Of a stretch of DNA of 64,000 nt, positions 24,721-36,874 are shown in pieces. This stretch comes from Geosiphon pyriformis uo1. Taxonomy: Eukaryota > Fungi > Glomeromycota. The position numbers were made by a program, and so were the translations under genes. Positions within the stretch are counted from its first letter, which is position 1; each line of letters starts with the position of its first letter. Below the pieces are notes generated by a model that was given only the letters and a program-made list of their open reading frames with translations, was not told where the DNA came from and did no database searches. Location: assembly GCA_016748015.1 (NCBI GenBank), contig JAAOMT010000706.1, positions 44,577 through 108,576 of the forward strand, in the 5' to 3' direction.

Positions 24721-27700
24721 GTTCTTGTTGATTTTTATGTTAAAAGATCTTCTCTGGGCGCTTAAAGTTTAATTTTAGTTGGAAAAAGCTTTCATAAAAT
24801 TTAGTTGATTTGTTCTTTTTTTGATGGTGGAGCAAATTTTTCATTCAAAAAGTTTTCCTTGTGACTTTTGAAAATGAAAAGCAAATCATTAGAAGAGAAA
24901 AGAATATTAATATATTTTGTAGCATAATTTTTTTCAAAAATCCCAAGTCTTTGTTGAAAAGAAATTTGAAAAATTTTAATGAAACCAGTACGGTATTGAC
25001 TATTTATAACAAATTTGAAACACTAATTGGTTATCTTCGAAATAATTCTTTTATTTAAAAAAAAGTTTCGGATATAAAAGACTTAGTGAAATACAAATGA
25101 TATCAAGTCACTCATTTTATATTTATATATATTATTTATCTTATCTAATATTTGTAATAAACAATTTTATTATTATTGCGATAATTAATAAAAACCCTTG
25201 AAAAATAAAATATACTTTATGATTTCAAAGAAGTTAAAATATCTTTCTAGCAGTATGAAATATTATCTGTAATTATAGTTACTTTATTTTAGAAGTACTT
25301 TACAATTCTTAGGGTAAAAGATTTTCATAATGCTAAATAGTAATAATAAGCTATTAAAAGTTTTAAATTTAATTTACTAATCCTCATCAAAGAATATACT
25401 TATATGCTGTTAAGAAATTACTATTGAAACAAACAGTTAAAAATGGTCCCACATTTTTTCTTATTATGAGAAAAAGCAAAATTTAGTAAATATTTTAGCT
25501 TATTATATTTAGTCTAAAATCTTCGAGACTTTTAGATTTTTGAGATTTTTAAGAATTTAAGAAATAAGTATATCAAGAGATTACATGCCATTATATTTTT
25601 TGTAATAACTGCAAAAATTTTAAACTTTTATCTTAGAAATCTTAATATAAATATATTTCTTCTTATAAAACAAATCTACAATACAAAATTTACTATACTG
25701 TTAAGAATACATCTTTTTCCACAAATTTTAATAGCAAAGCCCAATATTAAATAAAAATCCTAGAATATCAGAAAAACTAATTGATTTTACTAGCAATATT
25801 AATAGAATTTGGATATTACTCATTTGCCAATAAAACTGTTGAAAATTAAATACCATCATTTCTTTAGATAAAAAAATTTATATAAAAACTAGTTTTTTTG
25901 TTCTGCTGCATTTTTTTGGGAGAATTATACAGACTAGTTTATATATTTGACACTAAGTACAATAAATGTACTTTAAAAATTAATCAATAAATTTACTGTT
26001 AAAATTCGAAAGTAGAAATGCACTATTAAAGATATCGACAAAGTTTTATTTTTTTTAAAAAATAAATCAAAACATTGCAATTGCAACAAAATATAAATAA
26101 AAAAATGAAATAGCTATTAATAAATCATTGAATTTTAATTCCCAAAAAATAATATTTTTTGGTTAACATTTCTGACGTAATTAACACAAAATATTGACAT
26201 GACTTAAGAAGTTTCGCAAATAAACAAGTTTTACCATATAATTAGTAAAAACTCCTGGCTTTACTCCTAATATTGTTATTAAATTCTCACTTTATGATAG
26301 GCCTTACAACTTAACACTTATATTTTTATTTAGTGTAAATTTTATCTTAAACACTGGAAATATAATAAAAAGATTTAATGTATAAAGCAAATAATCTAGT
26401 AAATTTGAAAATAAATAACAAATAATTTTGTTTTTGCTCAAATATCTTTGAATTTTAAATTAAGCAATATTCATTTATTTCAAAAAAAAAAAACTAATGT
26501 CTAAAGACTAACAAAATTCAAATACTGTACCTTTAACCAAAAAGTATTAATAAGCTTTAATTAAAAAACTCTTTCAATCAACATCAAAAAAAACTAAATA
26601 ATTTTTTTGTTAAAGAGTTTTTTGATTACATTTTTTGTTATTTTGAATTTTAAAAATTAATTTTTTATGAAATAAACAATTAAATCATTTAAGAAACAAA
26701 TTACAACCAATATTTTATCAATTTTATCTTACGAATATCTATAAAATCAATTTCAAATAAAATATTTCTTATATACTTGATATTTTTATTTTTATTTTAC
26801 TTTGTAAATTTGTTATTTAAAATTTTCATTATCAATTAATGTATAAAAATATTTTTAATTTTAGCAGTAGCACTAATTTTAATTCAAGTAAATTCTTTAT
26901 TTTTTAATGAGTTTTCAATGTTTTATATATTCTTAAAATTGTAAGAAATTAAATTTTATAGCTTTTCTAATAAATAATATAAGCTTTCTGTAATGTATAA
27001 TCTCATTACACAAAGTGACAATTTTCAAATGAATTTTAAAGATTGTAATAATTCTAATGACTTAAAATTGCACTTCCATCGTTATTTTAAATGGTAAAAA
27101 ATATTTGTTTTTGTTTATTTTTTTTAATTAAGGAGTAACTTGAAAAGCTGAAATATGTACACAAATAAGTCGCCCAAAAATTATTTGTAAAATGAATATT
27201 ATACAGTAAAAATGCTCAAGAAAAAGGACACATTTTTAGAGAGTCTGTTATTTGCGTTAAAATTAAAAAATACTTTGTTAAACTAGAAATTTTTTCAATC
27301 TCATGCTCTAAAGAAAAGTTGAGGAAAATAAGAAAACTTGAAAACTGCTTACAATATTTTTTATTTATTGCATTGATTCTTTAAGAAAACTTTTAAGTTA
27401 AGGAAGTGCACCAGGTTTAAATTCTTGAGCAATTTTTTCTTGTTTCTCTAATAATTTTTTTTAATAATTATTCTTGGCTACATAGTCTAAAGGATATTGG
27501 GGCACTAAAAAGATTAAATTAGCATAAAAGATTCAAAATGCTGATACTAGCGGCAAAGAGTAGAGTAAAAGAAGACAATAGGCTTTGAACACTGCCAGTT
27601 CAGCGTTGAAAAGTAAAAGGTTGGCTAAAAAAAATAATACTGATTACAGAAATATATATATGAATCAATTATCTTTGTGTTTTAATCCCGATTGAATCTA

Positions 27701-28370
27701 ACTGCTATAAAGAAGGAATAAAATGAAATTCGAACCCCAGTATCTATTTAAATAAAATTAATGAGATTAATGAATTATGAAAATATATCCGTTTTCCCTT
27801 TCTATTCAATCATACCATTTTAATACTTTAATATGAAAGTAGCCACTAATCAATCAATTTAAATAGATTATAAATATAATGTAATTTGTTGTGCTTTTAA
27901 AAAATCTTTTAAGTCTCAATATTCTAGAACCATTTCATAACAAAATAATAATTATTCTATGTCTTATTTCAAAATCATTTAGTTTGTTTTTTTGAAGTTA
28001 CAATAATTTGAAATATATAAAATGTAAAAGATTGAAGTTTATAGAAGAAAAATTTATTAGTTTATCCAAAATGTCAAAATTCCACTTTTAATATTTCAAT
28101 CATGTTTATATATAATTTTTTTGAAAAGGAAACGCTTTACAGTCAATAATCTTCACACTTGAAAATGAAGGTAAACTTCTTTTAATAATTAAACTATATA
28201 TGATAGTCTATACTATATTTTTAAGAACCAATTCCTCCCTCAAATTCATCATCTGTTCTAAGTTAAATATCAATAAAAACAATTAATATAATTATTAAAC
28301 TGCTCACTGATTTAGTCCATTTAATCAGAACTTGAATTCATCGATCGTGTAATTATCACGACGAATTGGT

Positions 28371-31300
28371 CTATAATTGCTGATTTAGTGAAATCCCCAA
28401 TTTCAACTCTAATAAAAGGTGTTTAAACTAAAGGTTTTTTAAAATATTGATCACAATAAATGAAAGGCTTACCATTTGTAGAAAGTCTAGATTTTGAGAT
28501 TAATCGGCTTATATATCTTGTCGTATCTCGGAGAGCATATTGTGTCTCTTCGGAAATAAGTATTTTTTCACGGATAGATTGATTTAAGTTACAATTATCG
28601 CGAGCTGCAATAACTTTTTGTTGAAGTTCTTCTGCGGTGTCACGGTATTGCGGATCACAATGCCAATTCTTTACAATAATTTCCTGAATACATTGAGGTG
28701 TATGTTTCTTGATTATAGGACGCTTGCCATCAATCACACCCAATTGAATGTGAATAGGATCTATGTCACCCAAAGGTCTTTGTCCTGAAATAATTTCACA
28801 GGAAATGATGGCAAAACTGTATACATCGCTGTATTTAGTATGAAAACCCCCATTGCAAATCTCGGGCGCAAGATACTCAAGAACACCATAAATCTTGCCG
28901 GACTGTGGAGCGTAATCTGCGGGACGACAGAGTCCAAGATCAGAAATGACAACTTTTAAGGGTTTTGTTTTCAAAACTAGGATATTTCCAGGATGCAAGT
29001 CCCCATGCACCAGTTTTGATCCATGTATAAACCTTAGGCCACCAGCAATTTGAAAAAGAATCCGTAGACACATATCCCAATTAAGAGTGTTTTCGTTCGT
29101 CTTGAGAAAAGCGCTGAGGTCTCCGTGTTCTGCAAACGGTAAAACCATACCAAATCCATCGGTTGTAACATCTTTGGTTATTCCATAGCATTCAAGAATG
29201 TATTTGCAAGGGGCACTTTTATGATGCGCAATAAACTATACAAGTACAGTATTTAGTGTTAGAAAAGAAATAGAATAATAAAAATCTCATAGATTTCTCA
29301 ACAGAAATACCTCATGTGAATTGATATGTTTCATATTTTGGCTATCTTTAAAATATTTCAAAGCAACCTTTGTAACCCCAGTTCGTTCATACTTTTGAAT
29401 TTTCTTGTCCCAACATAGAATTCTGCCTTTCTCCCATCTGCCTTCTTTAACAATACCAAATCCTCCTGCTCCTACCTGATCTAAACATATAATCTCATTG
29501 GGAGAAATCCATTCCAGACACCCTCTGCAGTTTTCAGAATTACGCTGTGTATATAGTATATATTGATCAATATTATCATTTCCACTATTCCATGTTTGCC
29601 AAACCTTTGAAAATCTTGAATCTTCACAATATTTACACCAAAGTGGATCTTTTAATGTTCTATTGCATTCTAGACATTTCGGCAATCCGACTTTAAAGGT
29701 ATAATCACTTTTATCAGTATCACAAAATGGACATATAGGAGGTCCATTAATGATTATACCCAAGTTGCCACATTTAAAACACTTGAATTCATCTGAAAGC
29801 TGGTCAAAGAAAGCTTCAAAATCTAAAAATTCTCCTTTCAAATTATCTGGGTATTTAAAGCCTCGATTTTGAAATCGTAAAATGATATATTCCAGATCTT
29901 TTTGATCCTCTAAAGTGAGGTTATGGATATTCAAATCAGGAAAATCCCTTAGATAGCACAAGTTATTTGCTCCCGCTGCTTTTAAATAGAGTAGAAATGC
30001 TTTCTCGAGGTTTTTTGTGGTTCCCCATCCACTTTGATAACACCATCCAAGATTATATTGTGCATTTTGATTTTCCGCCTTTGCTGTTTTTAAATATAAT
30101 TGAAATGTTTCTTCTATATTTTTCACTATTTCCCATCCATTTCGACAATACGTTCCAATACTGGTTTGTGGACTCGGATTTCCCACTTTTTCCATATCTC
30201 TAAGAGCGATTTGTCCAAGTAAATGTCCTGCCTCTGCTGCCTTTGAATAGAGTTTAAATGCTTTTTCTGAATTTTTTTTCGTTCCTTCTCCATTAGCATA
30301 ACAAATTGCAAGATTGTATTGTGCACTTAAATGTCCTGCCTCTGCTGCTTTTGAATAGAGCTTAAATGCTTTGGCTGAATTTTTTGTCGTTCCTTCTCCA
30401 TTAGCATAATAAAGTGCAAGATTGTATTTTGCATCTAAATGTCCCGCCTCTGCTGCTTTTGAATAGACTTCAAATGCTTTTGCAGAATTTTTTCTCGTTC
30501 CCCTTCCATTAGCATGAGAAAGTGCAAGATTGTATTGTGCCTTTAAATGTCCCGCCTCTGCTGCTTTTGAATAGAGTTCAAATGCCTTCTCTGAATTTTT
30601 TGTCGTTCCCCTTCCATTAGCATAACAAAGTGCAAGATTGTATTGTGCATCTAAATGTCCCGCCTCTGCTGCTTTTGAATAAAGTTCAAATGCTTTGGCT
30701 GAATTTTTTGTCGTTCCTTCTCCATTAGCATAACGAACTGCAAGATTGTATTGTGCACTTAAATGTCCCGCCTCTGCTGCTTTTGAATAGAGTTCAAATG
30801 CTTTTTCTGAATTTTTTGTCGTTCCCCTTCCATTCGCATAACAAAGTGCAAGATTGAATTGTGCCTTTAAATCTCCCACCTCTGCTGCTTTTGAATAGAG
30901 TTCAAATGCCTTCTCTGAATTTTTTGGCGTTCCCCTTCCATTAGCATAACAAAGTGCAAGATTGTATTGCGCCTTTAAATCTCCCACCTCTGCTGCTTTT
31001 GAATAGAGTTTAAATGCCTTTTCTGAATTTTTTGTCGTTCCTTCTCCATTAGCATAAAAAAGTGCAAGATTGTATTGTGCCTTTAAATGTCCCGCCTCTG
31101 CTGCTTTTGAATAGAGTTCAAATGCTTTTTCTGAATTTTTTGTCGTTCCCCTTCCATTAGCATAACAAAGTGCAAGATTGTATTGTGCTTTTAAATCTCC
31201 CACATCTGCTGCTTTTGAATAGAGTTCAAATGCTTTTTCTGAATTTTTTGTCATTCCTCTTCCATTAGCATAACAAAGAGCAAGATTGTGTTGTGCCTTT

Positions 31301-32802
31301 AAATGTCCCGCCTCTGCTGCTTTTGAATAGAGTTCAAATGATTTTTCTGAATTTTGCGTCGTTCCTTCTCCATTATCATAACAAAGTGCAAGATTGTATT
31401 GTGCACTTAAATGTCCCGCCTCCACCGCTTTTAAATAGAGTTCAAATGCTTTTTCTGAATTTTTTGTCGTTCCTTCTCCATTAGCATAACAAAGTGCAAG
31501 ATTGTATTTTGCATCTAAATGTCCCGCCTCTGCTGCTTTTGAATAGACTTCAAATGCTTTTTCTGAATTTTTCGTTGTTCCTTTTCCATTAGCATGACAA
31601 AGCGCAAGATTAAATTGTGCCGTTGTATGTCCCGCCTCTGCTGCTTTTGAATAAAGTTGAAATGCTTTTTCAGAATTTTTTGTCGCCCCTTCTCCATTAT
31701 TATAACAAAGTGCAAGATTATATTGTGCATTTAAATCTCCCGCATCTGCTGCTTTTGAATAGAGTTTAAATGCTTTTTCTGAATTTTGCGTTGTTCCTTC
31801 TCCATTAGCATAACAAAGTGCAAGATTGTATTGTGCATCTAAATGTCCCGCCTCTGCGGCATTTGAGTAGAGCTTAAATGCTTTTTCTGAATTTTGCATT
31901 GTTCCTTCTCCATTAGCATAGCAAAGTGCAAGATTATATTGTGCATTTAAATGTCCTGCCTCTGCCGCTTTTGAATAGAGTTCAAATGCTTTTTCTGAAT
32001 TTTGCGTCGCCCCTTCTCCATTATTGTAGCAAAGTGCAAGATTGTATTGTGCATTTAAATGTCCCTCCTCTGCCGCTTTTGAATAGAGTTCAAATGCTTT
32101 TTCTGAATTATGCGTCGTTCCTTCTTCATTATCATAACAAAGGGCAAGATTATATTGTGCATTTAAATGTCCCGCCTCTGCTGCTTTTGAATAGAGTTCA
32201 AATGCTTTGGCTGAATTTTTTGTCGTCCCTTCTCCATTAGCATAACAAAGTGCAAGATTGTATTGTGCATCGAAATGCCCCGCCTCTGCTGCTTTTGAAT
32301 AGAGTTCAAATGCTTTTTCTGAATTTTGCCTCGTTCCTTCTCCATTATCATGACAATGTGCAAGATTGTATTGTGCAAGTGTATTACCCGCCTCTGCAGC
32401 TTTTAAATAGAGCTCATATGCTTTTCTTTGATCTTGTGAAGTCCCAGTTCCATTATCATAACAACGTCCCAAGAAGAATTGTCCAAGAGAATCCTTTGCA
32501 TTCGCTGCTTTCTGAAATTCTAGAAATGCTTTTGTTAAATTAGAAATAGTTCCAATCCCATGTTGTAAAGAAAAGCCGAGTAAAATATAGTTTATCGATC
32601 GCTTTGAACTTTTATTATTCAAGCAATCGAATAAATCTTCAGGTGTTTTCTGATTGTGCACAAGATATTTTTTCACTAATTCACCAACTTTTGAATGTTC
32701 ACTAGCTGGAAAAATGGCCAAATTTTCTTTGATGACAATCAATGTTCCTTCAAGCCAGTCGAGGGGTGAAGTTGCGTTTTCAATTGATGGGGTTGAAGAC
32801 AT
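28371..32802 (-). CDS. SEL1-repeat / Cys-rich linker / protein kinase (TKL-like, non-RD) fusion protein
   Basis: ATG 32802 (MSSTPSIEN); about 24 SEL1 repeats; two CxxC..CxxC units; WNSGNDNID..LEWI. Kinase motifs GAGGFG, VALK, HGDLHPGN, SDLG, YLAPE, SDVYSF. Intron 29236-29310 joins SHE|FIAHH in frame with the 28423-29148 ORF. A probable last intron starts at 28472, so the exact 3' end is uncertain. Confidence 0.92.
30226..32385 (-). repeat. Coding tandem array: 20 near-identical 108-bp (36-aa) SEL1 repeats
   Basis: Consensus HLxAQYNLALCYxNGxGTTKNSEKAFELYSKAAEAG repeated 20 times without indels (2160 bp). Confidence 0.97.
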
Positions 32803-35159
32803 GATTTTCAAGTAGCGCAAAATAGATTATTGACCCTTGAAAATTTTGTCTGGGTAAAGAAGGATGTTTAAAGAGCTCGTCTTGCTGATAAATAAGGATT
32901 TCAACCTCTAATCGCATTTCCTGAAAAGGCTAGGCCTTGAAGAAAATTGGAAACGGTAGAAAATTCTGAAAACACACATTGCTTAAACGGGTAGAGATGG
33001 TCTTATTGCTGTTTTAATAAAACCTAAAGTTGAGATGTTTTTCTTGTAACAATGTAAATGCATATCTCCTGCCGCTTCCAAAAATATTTTTTAATATCAA
33101 GAAAAGGTATAGCACTCTTCTTTACAGTAATAGGCTTTAAAAACGTAAAGTAATTTCCTTGGCTCTCCCTTGTAAAAAGTTTATCTTGAATTTCAGTGAG
33201 TCAAGACAAAGTATTCTGGAAAGAAAAGCGTCATAGTGGAAAGAATATTGTATTGTCGCTGATTATAATTTCAACTTGAAATATTTTATTAACAATAATT
33301 AGTCTTTTTTATTTTGTCTTGATATTATACATTTACAATGACAAAATATCTTACAAAGAACACCAGATGGCCAAATACTTGTTACCTCTCATGCCCCATA
33401 TTTTAGAATAAAATATCATAAATGCATGATTCATTTAAAAAACTACATAATATTTGACCAAAATAGCTCTAACAATCTAGCTATGGTCTTCAATTTTTGG
33501 ACGAAAATAGTTCTTAACAATCTAGCTATCATCTTCAAAATACCAAGTTTTCAACTCCTTTAAACAAAAGTAATCTGGTCCTAATTTTATACAAAGATGG
33601 AATCGCTAAATTGCACAATGACATATAGCTAGAAAAAATTCATAACTGTACAAACAAATAAAAACTTTTATGCCCTTAAAAATTTTTTTGGGGGGAACTT
33701 TTGATTCAGTTTTATCACAAAGTAAACCCATTTTGCCCTAAAACCTCATACAAAGATCTTTTCACCACTGGATTCAGAACTAACTATAAATGCTAACATA
33801 TAATTTATTTGATAAACTTTGGCGAAGTCTGTATATGTAACAATGGGAGCTTTATTTTTTTTGTCAGATGATGATAACAGAGCCAGAGTTTAGATTAGCT
33901 AAATTTATTGTTTTTGTTTCTTATTAATTAAGAGTTTATAAATTAAAAACTTTCAAGAATAATGATAATAATAAGGCACTGTTTTTACTTTACAGTATAT
34001 ACGTCTAATCAAATATAGGTCGGTTTCCAAGATTTATTTTAAACGTTAGAGAAAATAAATACACATCTTTTTCAATATTGAATTCTGATGTAAGCTTTTA
34101 TTCTAACAATAATATTTTTTGATATTTTATTTAAATTTAAATTTTTTTCTATTGTATTTTAAAAATGATATGTAAATTTATATAAATAATTGTTTTAAAC
34201 ACCGATTAATCTTATTTCATGAGTGTTTAATTAATTTTAGATTAAACAATTATAATAAATATTCAAACATCTTAATCTTATAATTTTTAAATTAAGCAAG
34301 TAATATGTTTAAGATTAATATTTTGCTAAAATATATTTTTAATTTAAATTTGCTAAAACAATTTTCAAATTATTTTTCCATAATGTTATCAATTTCCAAA
34401 AAAGAAAGCGAGATTTACATTATAATATTATATGTTATTTATTTATTAAAAAAATTATTTTATTTGTAAAATTAGTAATTTAATATTTATTAATTATTAA
34501 GCTTTTAATTAAATTTAAATAAATTATTTTTATTGATAAATTTGTTAAAATTGAAATACAATATTAATTATAATTTTAACTAAAAATATACACGAATGAT
34601 TATTTATTATTATTATTATTTTAAGAATAATCCGCAATAATTGTAAATATCACAAGTTTAAATTTATCAAATCAAATTGTTTACTTTTAATTTTTAATTT
34701 TTCAATTATATTTTTTAGCATATTTTAAACATAATTAGCAATAAATTTTTTTGTTTAATCTATAAAGAAAGCTCATTTTTATGCGATATATTTTAAATTA
34801 AAATAACCTCATATTATTTTGCTTGTTTTAGTTTGTAATACCCTAATTTTTAATATATAATATATCAAAAAAGATACTTTTTTTAAACAAAATTATAAAT
34901 TTAATATTGTGTTTAATAGATACTATAATTTATAATTTATAAATAAAATAAAATAAACAAAGCTTAAGAAAAAAATAATGTTTACATGTATATATAATTT
35001 TTTATAATATAAAAGTTATTTTTTGATTAAAAAAATTTAAGACAATATATAATATATTACAAAAATATTTGACTTTTGTAAAATTAAAAGAGAAAAAATA
35101 AAATAAAAGTTAATTATTCATATTTTTAATAGATTGATAAATCTTTATTTACCAACAAA

Positions 35160-35690
35160 CATAAAAAAAAATGTTTGCAATATGCAAAAAATTATAAAGC
35201 TTCTGATTGGAGTCAAGTTATATTTTCAAATAAAAGCACAATTTTTTTAAACTAATCAACATTAAAAATTTGGCAGTTTTCTAGTAAACTGGTTAGGTTT
35301 TAAAACAATGTCAATGCTGATTTTATGGTTAAAAATATACAAGCAAGATTTTCTTTCATCTGTTTATATGCTTTATGAGAACAATTATATAGAGTGAATC
35401 TTGCAAGAAGATCCTAATTTGTAACATCATTCTTTAGAAGGAGGAAACTGATGTTAATGTCATTTCATGGACATCAATTTTACCTGACCAAGATCTAATT
35501 GAGCATTAGTGATCAGAATATTTTTTTTACCAGCTTATTGAGTTATGAATGGTATGTGATGAAAAAGAAATAAGTATTGGTGTTTTTAAAAACTGTTAAA
35601 CAAAAAAACGAAACTAGTGTAGCAGCATATTATTGAAAAATATTTTTATTAAAGTGATACAAAACATTTTGACGGGCTCACTCAAATTAT
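35160..35690 (+). mobile_element. Tc1/mariner-type (DDE_3) transposase relic
   Basis: CLQYAKNYKASDWSQVIFSNKSTIF (compare DWxxVIFSDES), ILQED.. and VNVISWTSILPDQDLIEH* (compare WPxxSPDLNPIEHxW). Fragmentary; no TIR pair confirmed. Confidence 0.75.
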
Positions 35691-36874
35691 AAAAATACAT
35701 GAATTAATTCAAAAAATATTGTTTTTCAAATAATAGGTTTTTCTACTGAAATTTTTAATAAAAAAAACTCAGAGAGTTGACAGTCAATGTATTTGCCTGT
35801 TTTGTGTACCTTCATCCTGAAATTTATTTAATGAATAGGAGATTTTTTAGAAGAGCGTAAAGCGTTTCGATAGAAAACTATATATATTTTTTATTTATTT
35901 GAAAAGTGAATTTAATTAATTAAAATTTTATTTTATTTGTTAATGGAAATGTAATTATGTGATTCTATAATGTAGAAAAAAAACAGTTTTTAGTTTAACT
36001 TAGTTCAGATTTAATTCGACAAAATACACAAAAATTGATTTGGATTATACAGAGATTCCATCTAATTTGGATTATTTACTAAAACAATTTAAAGTTTATT
36101 TACTGAAAAGTTTTCAATTTTAAGAAGTTCTCATTATAGATCTGAAATTCTTTGAACCATTTTCTTTTATTTGAATTCTCACAATTTTCGAAGAATTTAA
36201 AACTTTTTTAACAAATATCCAAGACTTCAAAAAAAAGGGATTTTTTTTTAAAGACTAACTGTCATCATTTCTGAATAGAAGATTTTATCTCTTTTATAAG
36301 ATCTACAATTTTCAATAAAATATTTGACTCTATGTTTTTGCTTGATAGGCTACAAATAGAGATAATAATCAATTATAAGCGGAGACAAAGAGAATAATAT
36401 GTTAATCATTAAAAAATTTTGAATCCCCTTCTGCCATAATATCAAAAGATATAGGTGATCAAGCGCAATTTGAAGCGGAAGAATATCTCTAAATGGCGCA
36501 TTCTCGAATACTTGAAGTTTTTCAGAATACTAATAATGAAACAAGACTTGTTTCGAACAAAGCTTTAAATGATTGACAATTTATTAAATTCTTTCAACAA
36601 CGATCAATTTTCCCACTTTACGGAAATTTTAAGCCCATAATCATCTTATAGATAATTCTTAAACAGAGGAAAAAATAATGAAAGAGTAATTAAAAAGAAA
36701 TAATTTACACATGTTTTAATTTCAGATGATTAAATTGTTCTGGCCAGATGGTCCAAAGATCGATCCGGAATCTTTGATCTCTAATTGGAAAAAACATTTA
36801 TTATTATGATGACTCTTGTGTGTGTGTGTGTATATAATTGCAAATTTTCAAAAGAGATCAATTATAATTTTTTA

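Noticed and set aside
30226-32385. SEL1 array as a true TALE or PPR protein
   Set aside because: The 36-aa unit fits the SEL1 consensus (AQYNLAxxYxxGxG..xxKAxxxYxKAAxxG), not TALE or PPR. Only the analogy is kept.
33459-33540. Short imperfect direct repeat upstream of the kinase (and a similar one at 41948-42004)
   Set aside because: Two-copy local duplications with no evidence of function.
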